From Fidelibacterota bacterium (GTDB lineage Bacteria; Fidelibacterota; Fidelibacteria; Fidelibacterales; Fidelibacteraceae): DNA of 32,000 nucleotides. The notes under the pieces were generated by a model. The model saw only the letters and a list, made by a program, of their open reading frames with translations, had not been told where the DNA came from and made no database searches. Positions 1 to 9,645 of this stretch are shown piece after piece. The number at the start of each line of letters is the position of its first letter. Position 1 is the stretch's first letter. Position numbers and translations under genes: made by a program. Location of the stretch: NCBI GenBank assembly GCA_021157965.1, contig JAGGVO010000041.1, positions 224,119-256,118 on the forward strand, read 5' to 3'.

Positions 1-22
1 ATGATGATGTGTAATCTGGATT

Positions 23-487
23 TCATCGTTCCACCAGGGCTGTGGTTTGACCTCCCGGGAGGATGAAAAGGGCTTTTTTGCTTTCACCCCGTATCTCCGG
101 CGGTGAAATGATTCGGACCGGAGACGCCAGGATTTCATTCCATACACGGTCCATATCACTCACACGCATGACGATGGTGTCTGTTCCCGGGATTCCGGCT
201 GTTATTATGAAGCCCTTGTTAAAAACATAACATGTCCTGTCCTTTGTTATTACGTGATCCAGCTTCTTTATGCGAAGAACTTCCTCGAAAAAAAAAGCAT
301 CGGCTTCAGGATCCTGTGAGGGAACGACCCATTCTCCGGACAGGATAAGGGGTTCTTCCGGCAGGTTCCGAATCAGCGTCGTGTTGAAAAACCAGATAAT
401 AACGGCAATCAGGATAAGAATTGCCGAAACACGTTGTATGGGGCTAATGCTCATGAAAAAAGACTTTTGCAGCTTTGGGAAAAACAA
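23..487 (-). CDS. hypothetical protein with one N-terminal transmembrane segment
   Basis: ORF of 154 aa with hydrophobic segment VSAILILIAVIIWFF; no recognised family. Confidence 0.55.
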   Translation of the reverse strand: MFFPKLQKSFFMSISPIQRVSAILILIAVIIWFFNTTLIRNLPEEPLILSGEWVVPSQDPEADAFFFEEVLRIKKLDHVITKDRTCYVFNKGFIITAGIPGTDTIVMRVSDMDRVWNEILASPVRIISPPEIRGESKKALFILPGGQTTALVER

Positions 488-1121
488 AGAGGTTCATCAG
501 GTTCACACTCAGGTGTATACCCCATGGCATGACGAGACTTTGGCGGGTGACGATAAAATATGAGAGAATCAGGCTTGTAATAAATATCCATACTGTGGCA
601 CTTATTTGCTGAATGTTGGTATGGACGAAGGCAAAGATGGCGGACAGGAGTATTGCCGCCCACAACCAGTGAGTCCATACGGAGATCAGTGCCATAAAAA
701 GGTAAGCCCGGAACAGAATCTCTTCCACCAATGAGGCGCTCAGGTTAATGGCAAAAGCCCAGCGGCGCTGGACAGGGGTTTGGGGGATGAGTTCGTCCTG
801 CCGGGACAGGCGCTCGATGGGTGATTCACCTTTAATACGGCTGATAAGCCATTCCAGAAAAAGAAAAAGGAAGGAAAGAACTGCTCCGGCCAAAAGACCC
901 AGGACCAAATCAGGGATCAGATTCTCCAGGGTAAATAATCCACCAACACGGGATAACCACCGGTATAAAGAATCGTATTTAAGGGGATTTATGGAATAGA
1001 AAAGCCAGACAATGGCCGGAATGGCAGCGGTAAAGAGCCATAAAAAAATCTGCTGATAGAATCCAATGGGACTCCACACCAATGAGGCAGAAATTTTAAG
1101 GTCATTCGGGTCCTTGTCCAT
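444..1121 (-). CDS. CPBP (CAAX/Abi-type) intramembrane metalloprotease
   Basis: Multi-TM protein with EEILFRAYLF, FAFVHTN and WGIHLSVNLMN motifs typical of CPBP proteases. Confidence 0.8.
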   Translation of the reverse strand: MDKDPNDLKISASLVWSPIGFYQQIFLWLFTAAIPAIVWLFYSINPLKYDSLYRWLSRVGGLFTLENLIPDLVLGLLAGAVLSFLFLFLEWLISRIKGESPIERLSRQDELIPQTPVQRRWAFAINLSASLVEEILFRAYLFMALISVWTHWLWAAILLSAIFAFVHTNIQQISATVWIFITSLILSYFIVTRQSLVMPWGIHLSVNLMNLFVFPKAAKVFFHEH

Positions 1122-1138
1122 ATTTCCTTATCACAGGT

Positions 1139-1627
1139 TTACAGGGTTTTTTTGATTTCTTCCTCCCAGAAGGTGCGGGGACGGTAGCCGGTTACTTTGT
1201 TGACAATTCTGCCTTTTTTATCGATAACGAAGGTTGTGGGAATGCTTTGAAAATTGTCGTAATTCCTGACCACTTCCGGTGTAAACATAACTACGGGATA
1301 TTGAATCCCCATGTTCTGAATGTATTTATCCACTGCTTCCCAGCCGGTCTGGTCAACTGAAACTCCCACGATCATAAGACCATCCTCTTTATACTGATCA
1401 TACAAATCGATAAAATCGGGAATTTCGCGCTGGCAGGGTGGACACCAGGTGGCCCAGAAGTTCAAAATAATCATTTTTCCTTTATGATCGGACAAAATAA
1501 AGGTTTCCCCGTATCCGTTACGGAGTGTGAAATCCGGTGCATCTTTCAGGTTTTCTTTATTCTTATTGCATCCGGTCAGCATCATGGTCATGACCAGTAT
1601 AGACATCACAAACAAGCTTTTTTTCAT
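1139..1627 (-). CDS. TlpA/ResA-like thioredoxin-fold lipoprotein
   Basis: Lipobox MMLTGC; FWATWCPPC redox motif; RBS-like aggaga upstream. Confidence 0.85.
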   Translation of the reverse strand: MKKSLFVMSILVMTMMLTGCNKNKENLKDAPDFTLRNGYGETFILSDHKGKMIILNFWATWCPPCQREIPDFIDLYDQYKEDGLMIVGVSVDQTGWEAVDKYIQNMGIQYPVVMFTPEVVRNYDNFQSIPTTFVIDKKGRIVNKVTGYRPRTFWEEEIKKTL

Positions 1628-1699
1628 TTTACGTCTCCTGTTTTTCTTTTAACCTTTTTAACCATCACGTTTGTTTTTAGGCGGTTAAAAGAAAAAAAG

Positions 1700-2167
1700 T
1701 TACAACTTTCCGGACTTCAACCGGCCAACCAGAAATTCCAGACCTTCCAGGTAACTCTGTTCTTTTTTTCCGGAAAATGTGGCAAGGCATACATCACGAA
1801 TCATGGACACCCGCCGAAAGGGATCACGCGAACTGATATCCGAAAGGTGAATTTCCACGACAGGGATTTTTATCAACTCAATGGCGTCCCGGATGGCAAT
1901 GCTGGTATGGGTATACGCGGCAGGATTTATCAGGATGCCGTCCACATATTTTCGCTGCCGTTGTAAGAGCGTTACCAGATTTCCTTCATGGTTAGTCTGA
2001 TAAAATTTGACATCTACATCCAGCTCCCGGGCCTTTTTACGGATGAGCGTGTTCAGTTTATCCAGGGTCAGACGGCCGTAGTGTTTCGGATCCCGGTGTC
2101 CCAGCAGATTCAAATTGGGGCCATGAAGTACAAGAATTTTTAGTTTTTTTTCAGATGGCTTTGACAA
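1700..2167 (-). CDS. aroQ: type II 3-dehydroquinate dehydratase
   Basis: ILVLHGPNLNLLG, NHEGNLV, INPAAYTHTSIAIRDA, VEIHLSDISSRDPFR motifs; inside the aro block. Confidence 0.95.
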   Translation of the reverse strand: MSKPSEKKLKILVLHGPNLNLLGHRDPKHYGRLTLDKLNTLIRKKARELDVDVKFYQTNHEGNLVTLLQRQRKYVDGILINPAAYTHTSIAIRDAIELIKIPVVEIHLSDISSRDPFRRVSMIRDVCLATFSGKKEQSYLEGLEFLVGRLKSGKL

Positions 2168-3260
2168 ACTGAAGGTCCTTTACCCATTCAAGAGTTTCGT
2201 AAATAATGGATTTTGGGACATCATCCCGGATCACGGCATCGCCGATTTTTTGCAGAAGCACAAACTGGATTTTCCCGTTCCGAACTTTTTTATCGTGCGT
2301 CATGGCTTCGTACATCCGGTCGGTATCGTATTTTTTCAGGGATCCGGGGACAGGTATCCGCAGGAGATGCTGAATATATTGTTGAGAGACATCCGCCGGA
2401 AGGAGGCCCATGTCGGTGCTGAGTTTTAAGGCGGCACACATACCGATAATGACAGCCTCGCCGTGGGTGTACGTTCCGTAGCCTGCCGTATGTTCCACGG
2501 CGTGGCCAATGGTGTGGCCGAAATTCAGTACCATCCGCAAATTGCTTTCATGTTCATCGGCTGATACAATGAAGGACTTGATCTCAATAGCCCGGATAAT
2601 GGCCGCATTCACATGATCCAGGTTTTTCAGGGTTAGAATCTCGGAAAAATTTTCCAGGAGGAACTGTGTAAAAATACGGTCCCTGATAAACCCATATTTA
2701 ATTACTTCTCCAAAACCGGAAACCCTCTGGCGGAATTCCAGGGTTTTAAGAACCGTCGGATCGACAATCACAATTTTCGGCTGATAGATGGCTCCAATCA
2801 GGTTTTTCCCCCGGGCATGATTGATGCCCACCTTCCCGCCAATGGAAGAATCCACCTGGGCCAGAAGGGTTGTAGGGATCTGTACCAGATTCATACCCCG
2901 GTATATGGTGGCTGCCAGAAAACCTGCCGTATCCCCTACGACGCCACCTCCCAGGGCGATGACTGTGGATCCCCGGTCCATCTTTAAATCCAGCATGGTA
3001 TCATACAGATACTGTACCGTTTTCAGGTTTTTGTTGGCTTCCCCGCTGGGCATGAGAATATAGCAAACCTGAAAGCCCTCTTGTTTCAGCGATTTTTCCA
3101 CCACATTCTTATAAAGGGCTGATACATGCTGACTGGATACAAGTACCACACGAGAGCTGATATTCAATTTTTTCAGTATGCTTCCCACAGTGGGAAGGCT
3201 CTCGTTTTTTACGTAGATGGGATAACTGCGTTCGTGAAGGTCTACTCGTATTTTATGCAT
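2151..3260 (-). CDS. aroB: 3-dehydroquinate synthase
   Basis: GGGVVGDTAGFLAATIYRGMNLVQIPTTLLAQVDSSIGGKVGINH; NFGHTIGHAVE. Confidence 0.96.
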   Translation of the reverse strand: MHKIRVDLHERSYPIYVKNESLPTVGSILKKLNISSRVVLVSSQHVSALYKNVVEKSLKQEGFQVCYILMPSGEANKNLKTVQYLYDTMLDLKMDRGSTVIALGGGVVGDTAGFLAATIYRGMNLVQIPTTLLAQVDSSIGGKVGINHARGKNLIGAIYQPKIVIVDPTVLKTLEFRQRVSGFGEVIKYGFIRDRIFTQFLLENFSEILTLKNLDHVNAAIIRAIEIKSFIVSADEHESNLRMVLNFGHTIGHAVEHTAGYGTYTHGEAVIIGMCAALKLSTDMGLLPADVSQQYIQHLLRIPVPGSLKKYDTDRMYEAMTHDKKVRNGKIQFVLLQKIGDAVIRDDVPKSIIYETLEWVKDLQFVKAI

Positions 3261-3765
3261 TTTTTTTATCTAACTTTTCAAGAATTTCCCGAACGATGTC
3301 ACGGATGCTTCTTCCGTCGGTTTGAATATAATAATTCGCTTGTTTATAAACAAAAGTTCGTTTGTCCAGAATTTGCTGAATGTGAGCCGGCTGGAGAGGT
3401 TGAGGTAACAGAGGCCTGTTTTCACTCATTTTTACACGCTCCAGGATAGTTTGGGGTTCCGCCTGCAGCCAGATGACCACTCCCGTGGACTTCATCCATT
3501 CCCGGTTTCTTTCGTCCAGAGGAAATCCACCGCCGGTGGCAATGACCATATCAGAGGTATTGGGAAGAGGATCATGTTTTATGTCTCTTTCCAGTTTCCG
3601 GAAAGCCTCTTCACCTTCTGTCCGGAATATTTCCGGAATGCTCTTCCCTGTCTTTTTTTCCAGATAATGGTCCAGATCCAAAAAGGTGCATTTGAGTGAT
3701 TTTGCCAGAGCCTGGCCCACTTCGGTCTTGCCGGTTCCCATCATACCTGTCAGGAAGATGATCAT
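3253..3765 (-). CDS. aroK: shikimate kinase
   Basis: P-loop GMMGTGKTEVG, LDLDHYLE, FRTEGEEAFRKLE, ATGGGFPL. Confidence 0.93.
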   Translation of the reverse strand: MIIFLTGMMGTGKTEVGQALAKSLKCTFLDLDHYLEKKTGKSIPEIFRTEGEEAFRKLERDIKHDPLPNTSDMVIATGGGFPLDERNREWMKSTGVVIWLQAEPQTILERVKMSENRPLLPQPLQPAHIQQILDKRTFVYKQANYYIQTDGRSIRDIVREILEKLDKKNA

Positions 3766-4901
3766 TGGAATGCTTCCCGGTGTTTCAGGGTTTCTTCCCA
3801 GCTGTCTCCGCCGAATTTCATGAGAAAAGCCTCAAGAAGGGGAATAGCCGTGACATTTTCGGCTACGACGGAGGCTGCCGGGACGGCACAACTGTCTGTC
3901 CGTTCTTTATGAGCAGATGTCTGCTTTCCTGTTTTCAAATCCACGCTGGCCAGAGGTTTGGAGAGGGTGGGGATGGGTTTCATGACGGCGGAGAAAATCA
4001 GGTCGCAGCCGTTGCTCATCCCTCCTTCAATCCCGCCGCTATGATTGGTGCTCCGGTAAATTTTCCCCTCTTTTATTTCAAGGGGGTCGTGGACACGGCT
4101 TCCCGGGAGTTCAGCTGCTTTAAATCCCAGGCCGAATTCAATCCCGCGGATGGCGGGAATCCCAAGGATTTGAGCGGCAATCATGGATGTCAGGCGCTCG
4201 TTCCATTGGGTATAACTCCCAAGACCTACAGGCAGATTCCGAACGGCGACACGGAACAGGCCTCCCAGGGAATCACCCTCTTTCCGGGCAGTGTCAATAG
4301 CTTTTATCATCAATTTTTCCGTCTTGGAATCCGGACAACGTACGGGAGATTTATCTGCCTGAATCCAGTCTGCCACAGGAGGCATGTGTTCTGGATCCAC
4401 TCCTGCCGGACCGATCCGTGTGACAATAGAGTAAAGAGAGATGCCGGCATTTTCAAGAAACTGGCGGCATACGGCCCCGGCCAGAGTTCGGACTGCAGTT
4501 TCGCGGGCACTGGCTCGCTCCAGAATATTCCGAAGATCGTCGGTTTTATACTTCAGCATGCCGGCGTAATCGGCATGACCGGGCCGGGGGACTGAAATTT
4601 TTTCCGACAAATCTGCCCGGACCGGGTCCATCGTTTTCTTCCAGTTTTCAAAATCCCGATTCCGGATGATACAGGCGAGGGGACTTCCAAGAGTCATGCT
4701 GTTTCGCAGTCCGGAAAGAATTTCCACCCGATCCGTCTCAATTCTCATCCGGCCACCCCGTCCGTAACCCTTCTGACGGCGACTCAGCTGTCGATTGATT
4801 TCATCCACATCTAAGCGGAATCCCGATGGGAGACCGTGGATGATAACGCTGAGTGCCGGACCGTGACTTTCACCGGCCGTGATACATTGGATTCGTTTCA
4901 T
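3762..4901 (-). CDS. aroC: chorismate synthase
   Basis: Internal start MKRIQCITAGESHGPAL is more likely than the upstream Met at 4985; RRQKGYGRGGRM, RASARETA, GGMSNG motifs. Confidence 0.95.
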   Translation of the reverse strand: MKRIQCITAGESHGPALSVIIHGLPSGFRLDVDEINRQLSRRQKGYGRGGRMRIETDRVEILSGLRNSMTLGSPLACIIRNRDFENWKKTMDPVRADLSEKISVPRPGHADYAGMLKYKTDDLRNILERASARETAVRTLAGAVCRQFLENAGISLYSIVTRIGPAGVDPEHMPPVADWIQADKSPVRCPDSKTEKLMIKAIDTARKEGDSLGGLFRVAVRNLPVGLGSYTQWNERLTSMIAAQILGIPAIRGIEFGLGFKAAELPGSRVHDPLEIKEGKIYRSTNHSGGIEGGMSNGCDLIFSAVMKPIPTLSKPLASVDLKTGKQTSAHKERTDSCAVPAASVVAENVTAIPLLEAFLMKFGGDSWEETLKHREAFQ

Positions 4902-5722
4902 GATGACATCCCCGTTTGTTTTATGATCGCCAGGCGGAGAGACTCCCGGTTGATTTTTTTCACGATGCCGGGCTCTTTTCGCCAAATGGCCTGGCTGTCA
5001 AGCGCTTGTTCAATGAGAAGTCCCAGACCATCTGCCGTTTCAATGCCATAATGCCGGAAATAACGTTGGAAATGGGTAGGCAAAGGTGCGTAATTCAAAT
5101 CAAGAAAGCTGTCCCCGGCCCTGGGGATTACCTGAAAAACCGCCGGAATTTCCGGATGGTTGACCGATCCTGCAGGTGTTGCATTGATCCAAAGTGTAGA
5201 TCCGGAATAGACCTCCTTTTCTGAATAGGGCAGAAGGTTGAATCGTGCGCAGAATTTCCGGATTGTTTCAGGAGATCTTCCGGCAATATAAATAGCATGA
5301 ATACCCTGTGATTTCAGGGCGTTGACTACCGCCGGGGCCACACCACCGTATCCAAAGAGAACATAGCGGTTAAATGAGGTGTAACCCTCAGCCTTCAGGA
5401 TCCGGACCATCCCCGTCATGTCCGTGTTCCATGCCTGGATTTCTGAATCGGAAAAATACAGCGTATTTGCCGAGCCGCATTGTTTTGCACTGATATCCTG
5501 CTGCCGGGCAAAGGGGAGGACATCTTTTTTGTAGGGGATAGTTATGTTGACTCCTGTATATCCCTCCTGTTGCAGGCGGGACAGGGTTTTTTCCAGATCG
5601 GACGGTGGAATATCAAACCGTTCATATTGAAGTGAAAGTAAACCGGTTTTTTTCCCAATAAGGGTGTGAAGGTATGGGCTGATGGAGTAGGCAATATGAT
5701 GTCCGATAATCCCCAGTTTCAT
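4898..5722 (-). CDS. aroE: shikimate 5-dehydrogenase
   Basis: GVNITIPYKKDV, NTDMTGM, GYGGVAPAV, DGLGLLIEQA motifs. Confidence 0.92.
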   Translation of the reverse strand: MKLGIIGHHIAYSISPYLHTLIGKKTGLLSLQYERFDIPPSDLEKTLSRLQQEGYTGVNITIPYKKDVLPFARQQDISAKQCGSANTLYFSDSEIQAWNTDMTGMVRILKAEGYTSFNRYVLFGYGGVAPAVVNALKSQGIHAIYIAGRSPETIRKFCARFNLLPYSEKEVYSGSTLWINATPAGSVNHPEIPAVFQVIPRAGDSFLDLNYAPLPTHFQRYFRHYGIETADGLGLLIEQALDSQAIWRKEPGIVKKINRESLRLAIIKQTGMSS

Positions 5723-5725
5723 AAT

Positions 5726-7015
5726 TTACTGCCGGATTTTTTCAAGTGTGCTGAAGAAATCCGGATAGCTGATATCCACAACCGAGTAATCTTCGATAAT
5801 CACGGGGTCTGAAGCAATCAACCCGGCAATGGCCATGGTCATGGCGATCCGGTGGTCCATATAGGCATTAACGATGCCGCCGTGAAGGGGCGTGGAACCG
5901 TGGATTGTCATACCGTCCTCGTGTTCTTCAATCTCGGCACCCAGGGTTTTCAGACATGCAACGGTTGTGGCGATGCGGTCACTCTCTTTCACACGGAGTT
6001 CCCGGGCACCGCGAACGCGCGTGATTCCCTTTGCCTGAGTGGCGATGAGCGCCAGTATGGGAATTTCATCAATGAGGTCGGGAATATTTCTGGATGTCAC
6101 GGAAAATCCCTGGAGTTCTGAACTTTTTACAACAATATCTCCATAGGGTTCATGACTTCTTTTTTCTTCACTGCAGTGAATATCGGCACCGGCATTTTGC
6201 AGAAGCCTGATATATGCAATGCGCGTGGGATTCAGGCTGACATTGTTCAGGACAATGCGGCTTTTAGGAAGTAAAAGTGCCGCTGCCACCCAAAATGCAG
6301 CTGAGGAAGGATCAGCGGGCACATTATATTCAAATCCGGGAATCGGCCGTTTCAGGGTATGGACCATCCACGTGTTTTTCTTTTTGAATATGGGAATGCC
6401 CAGCATTTTCATCATCCGCTCGGTATGATCCCTGCACCGGACCGGTTCAGTCACATGGGTTTTACCCTCTGCCAGGAGTCCGGCCAGCAGGATGGCGGAT
6501 TTGACCTGTGCACTGGCCACAGGCAGGGTGTAGCGGATTCCTTTGAGTTTCGAGGGAAAAATATTTAAAGGCAGATGACCATCCGTACTGTCAAAGACGG
6601 CATTCATTTTTGACAGGGGCTCAATTATCCGTCCCATGGGCCGGCGGGAGAGAGATTCGTCACCGTAGAGAACCGATTCAAAGGACTGTCCTGCCAGAAG
6701 TCCGGCAAGAAGGCGGGTTGTGGTTCCGGAGTTCCCGCAATTAAAGGCGGTTTTATCCTCTCCGGACCAGCCATGAAGCCCCGGGCTCTTTACATTGACG
6801 GTATAGCGGCCCAATTGAAAATGAACTCCTACTTTTTGCAGGCATGCTATGGTTGAAAGGACATCCACACCTTTATTCAGATAGCGGATTTTGGATTTTC
6901 CTTTGGCAATGGCGGCAAAAATCAAGGCCCGGTGACTGATGGATTTGTCCCCCGGAAGCGAGATTTTTCCCCGGACCCGTTCAGCGGGTATTATTTTGCA
7001 GGTGTTTTTAATCAT
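5726..7015 (-). CDS. aroA: 3-phosphoshikimate 1-carboxyvinyltransferase (EPSP synthase)
   Basis: PGDKSISHRALI, NCGNSGTTTRLLAGLLAG, RELRVKESDRI, DHRIAMTMAIAG. Confidence 0.96.
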   Translation of the reverse strand: MIKNTCKIIPAERVRGKISLPGDKSISHRALIFAAIAKGKSKIRYLNKGVDVLSTIACLQKVGVHFQLGRYTVNVKSPGLHGWSGEDKTAFNCGNSGTTTRLLAGLLAGQSFESVLYGDESLSRRPMGRIIEPLSKMNAVFDSTDGHLPLNIFPSKLKGIRYTLPVASAQVKSAILLAGLLAEGKTHVTEPVRCRDHTERMMKMLGIPIFKKKNTWMVHTLKRPIPGFEYNVPADPSSAAFWVAAALLLPKSRIVLNNVSLNPTRIAYIRLLQNAGADIHCSEEKRSHEPYGDIVVKSSELQGFSVTSRNIPDLIDEIPILALIATQAKGITRVRGARELRVKESDRIATTVACLKTLGAEIEEHEDGMTIHGSTPLHGGIVNAYMDHRIAMTMAIAGLIASDPVIIEDYSVVDISYPDFFSTLEKIRQ

Positions 7016-8315
7016 CCATGATAACGGAAATAAAATCCGTGATATTGTAATCCAAATCCTGAATACCGGAACGGATTAGTTTCAAATTATGCAATTTTAC
7101 ACAAGTTTCGGGGGCAATCACAAAGGCATTTTGTGGAATATCTCCCCGTGACAGCATCGCGGCGGCTGCGGCGGTGTCCCGTTCTTCCACCTGAGGGATG
7201 TCAGGATAGTGGGTACTCAGATAGCTTTTGCACTGACGCAGGGCCTGAAGGTGTGAATGTATTGATGCCGGCTTTCCCTCAAAATCCGGCCGGGATAAAA
7301 GGCACTGTTTGACCAGAAAGGGGAAATGACCTGAAATTTTGCAGCGGGTCCCGGCGAGATGGGTCAGGGTTTCCTGAACTACACCGCCTACGGCATTCTG
7401 TATAGGCAGCAAACCGATGTCAATGCGTCCCAGTTCAAGATGCTCCAGCACATTTTCCGCCGATGTCAGGCAAAGCACTTCCCCGTTCACAAGCTGACGA
7501 TCCCGGATATACTGTAAAGCCGCCTCATGGGAAAAACTTCCCTCATCACCCATGGCACCGACACGGACCTTTTCTTTCCGGATGTTGAAGGACTCCTTTC
7601 GTATCAGAGACGCCACTGTATGGGTCGCTTTCATGAAAGCTCTGAACATTTCCGAGGAATGTTCATTGTACATAAGCATATCTCTGAAAAGCTGTGACGT
7701 GTCATGGCTGCAAAAGGTCTCTACTGCCCGGAGCATGCCGTATCCCTTGGTAGGTGTTTTAGACTCGGGCAAATTCAGGGTCAGAAGAATATTTCCTATA
7801 AAATGGGTGAGGCCCTGGGACTCGGCAATGTGTTTGTCATGTTCATCAGGACTTAAAATCCGGGTAAAAAAATGCCATTCCTGAAAAGTATCCCGCCATG
7901 TTTCGGCCAGTTGGGGGTATTGACCGGAAGGTGTGAGGATAATCAGGTTGACCCGGTTTTCCGCATAGCTGTCCGGACCAAAAAGAGGGTGAATCCCCAG
8001 ATGGGGGATATGGGGAATGATCTCATCCATCCACCGTACAGGATAAGCCTTCACCGATCCTGTATCAATGACTATAGATGTTGAATTGATTTTGTCCCGG
8101 TTTTCATGAAGAAAGGCCGGAATGGCCGATATGGGGATGCAGAGAAAAATCACCTCTTTTTGAAGTGCCTCATCCAGGGACACCTGTCTGATTTTCTTTT
8201 CAGGGGTTACGGAATTTATGTCGTAGACAGATACTGTCCCGTACCGGGCAAGGATAGAGGCAAAAACCCGGCCGAAACGGCCGTAACCGATGATAGCAAA
8301 TTCACGGGATTTCAT
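7008..8315 (-). CDS. fused prephenate dehydrogenase (N-terminal) and prephenate dehydratase-like (C-terminal) protein; no ACT domain evident
   Basis: N-terminal IIGYGRFGRVFASIL, HPLFGPDS, DEHDKHIAESQGLTHF (TyrA-like); C-terminal VGAMGDEGSFSHEAA, LLPIQNAVGGVVQETL, HSHLQALRQC, NITDFISV (PDT-like). Confidence 0.85.
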   Translation of the reverse strand: MKSREFAIIGYGRFGRVFASILARYGTVSVYDINSVTPEKKIRQVSLDEALQKEVIFLCIPISAIPAFLHENRDKINSTSIVIDTGSVKAYPVRWMDEIIPHIPHLGIHPLFGPDSYAENRVNLIILTPSGQYPQLAETWRDTFQEWHFFTRILSPDEHDKHIAESQGLTHFIGNILLTLNLPESKTPTKGYGMLRAVETFCSHDTSQLFRDMLMYNEHSSEMFRAFMKATHTVASLIRKESFNIRKEKVRVGAMGDEGSFSHEAALQYIRDRQLVNGEVLCLTSAENVLEHLELGRIDIGLLPIQNAVGGVVQETLTHLAGTRCKISGHFPFLVKQCLLSRPDFEGKPASIHSHLQALRQCKSYLSTHYPDIPQVEERDTAAAAAMLSRGDIPQNAFVIAPETCVKLHNLKLIRSGIQDLDYNITDFISVIMDD

Positions 8316-9334
8316 TTTTTCAGCAATCCCCGCCCGATCACCTGACTGATGATATGGAGCTCTTTCATAAGATGGTTGAATTGTTTGGGGTAGAGGGATT
8401 GAGGCCCGTCAGAGAGAGCATTGATGGGATCGTCATGAACTTCCACCATGATGCCGTCCGCTCCGGCGGCTACGGCAGCCCGGGCCATGGGAACCACAAG
8501 CTCCCGGTTTCCCATGGCATGGCTTGGATCCACAATGATGGGTAAATGGGACAATTTTTTCACTACGGGGACTGAAGAGAGGTCCAGGGTAAAACGGGTG
8601 GAATTTTCAAATGTCCGGATCCCGCGTTCACATAAAATCACCTTTGAATTTCCGCCGTTCACAATATATTCGGCGGCATTCAGCCACTCTTCCACTGTGG
8701 CGGAGATGCCCCGTTTGAGGATCACCGGCTTGTCTACAGTCCCCAGGGCTTTGAGAAGGCTGTAATTCTGCATATTCCGGGCACCGACCTGAAGGGCATC
8801 CACATATTTGCAAAACAGGTCGATATCCGATATGGCCATCACTTCGGAAACACAGGGGATCCCCGATGCAAAGGCCGCATCCTGCAGGTATTTCAGTCCC
8901 TCTTCTCCCAGTCCCTGAAAGGTATAGGGGGATGACCGGGGTTTGTATGCACCGCCCCGGAGTACATGAGCACCGTAACGTTTGATTTCCCGGGAGAGCT
9001 TGTGAACCATCTTTTCATTTTCCACGGAGCAGGGACCGGCGATGACGGCGATTTCTTTGCCCCCGAAGGGGACTTTCCCCACATGGACAATGGTGTTTGA
9101 CGGCTTAAATGTCCGGGAACACTGTTTATAACTTTCTGATATCCGGATGACTTTGTTAACACCGTCAAACCCTTTGATTTTTTCGATGTCAACCCGGGAA
9201 ATATCTCCGATAATCCCAAGGATCATGTGATCTTCACCCCGGGATTTATGTATTTTCAGATCTAGTTTGTGCAGGTGCTCGGAAATCTGTTCGATTTGGG
9301 CGTCCTTTGCGCCCTGATTCATTACAATAATCAT
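8312..9334 (-). CDS. aroF: 3-deoxy-7-phosphoheptulonate synthase with N-terminal ferredoxin-like domain (Thermotoga-type)
   Basis: IAGPCSVEN, RGGAYKPRSSPYTFQGL, LKRG, ILCERGIRTFEN, VDPSHAMGNRELV, GIMVEVHDDP; about 80 aa N-terminal regulatory-like domain. Confidence 0.94.
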   Translation of the reverse strand: MIIVMNQGAKDAQIEQISEHLHKLDLKIHKSRGEDHMILGIIGDISRVDIEKIKGFDGVNKVIRISESYKQCSRTFKPSNTIVHVGKVPFGGKEIAVIAGPCSVENEKMVHKLSREIKRYGAHVLRGGAYKPRSSPYTFQGLGEEGLKYLQDAAFASGIPCVSEVMAISDIDLFCKYVDALQVGARNMQNYSLLKALGTVDKPVILKRGISATVEEWLNAAEYIVNGGNSKVILCERGIRTFENSTRFTLDLSSVPVVKKLSHLPIIVDPSHAMGNRELVVPMARAAVAAGADGIMVEVHDDPINALSDGPQSLYPKQFNHLMKELHIISQVIGRGLLKK

Positions 9335-9636
9335 GATGAATGCTCCTTGTTCTCATTCGTATCTCTGGCACCCTCTTGTCCGGCCTTACGTCCAAGGGCA
9401 ATGATCTGCGTGAACAAGGCTTTCAGGTCCGCTGGTTTTAAAAAGCGGGATTGAACGCCCTCCAGGGAGTGATAAATTTCCTCTTCACGTCCCGGAACCG
9501 TCACAGGTTGTCCTGTTTTCCCCTTCTCCCTCCCGATCTGGTAGGCCAGTTCCATCCTTTTGGTTAAAAGTTCGACCAAAGATTTGTCGATACTGTCAAT
9601 TTGGCTCCGGAGAGATTGTATGATTGTTTCATCCAT
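9331..9636 (-). CDS. AroQ-class chorismate mutase
   Basis: RSQIDSIDKSLVELLTKRMELAYQIGREKG matches the AroQ-type helical CM pattern; overlaps aroF by 4 nt. Confidence 0.88.
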   Translation of the reverse strand: MDETIIQSLRSQIDSIDKSLVELLTKRMELAYQIGREKGKTGQPVTVPGREEEIYHSLEGVQSRFLKPADLKALFTQIIALGRKAGQEGARDTNENKEHSS

Positions 9637-9645
9637 GGGAAGAAT

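Noticed and set aside
3765-4595. Long antisense ORF (276 aa) opposite aroC, and other antisense ORFs such as 5852..6121, 10499..11281, 14508..15068 and 18862..19338
   Set aside because: They lie opposite well-supported coding genes, have low-complexity or arbitrary composition and no recognisable motifs. These are expected shadow ORFs.
3762-4985. The aroC ORF as given starts 28 codons upstream of a more likely start
   Set aside because: The extension MAKRARHREKNQPGVSPPGDHKTNGDVI overlaps aroE and lacks chorismate synthase character. MKRIQCITAGESHGP at 4901 is the canonical N-terminus and gives a 4-nt ATGA overlap with aroE.
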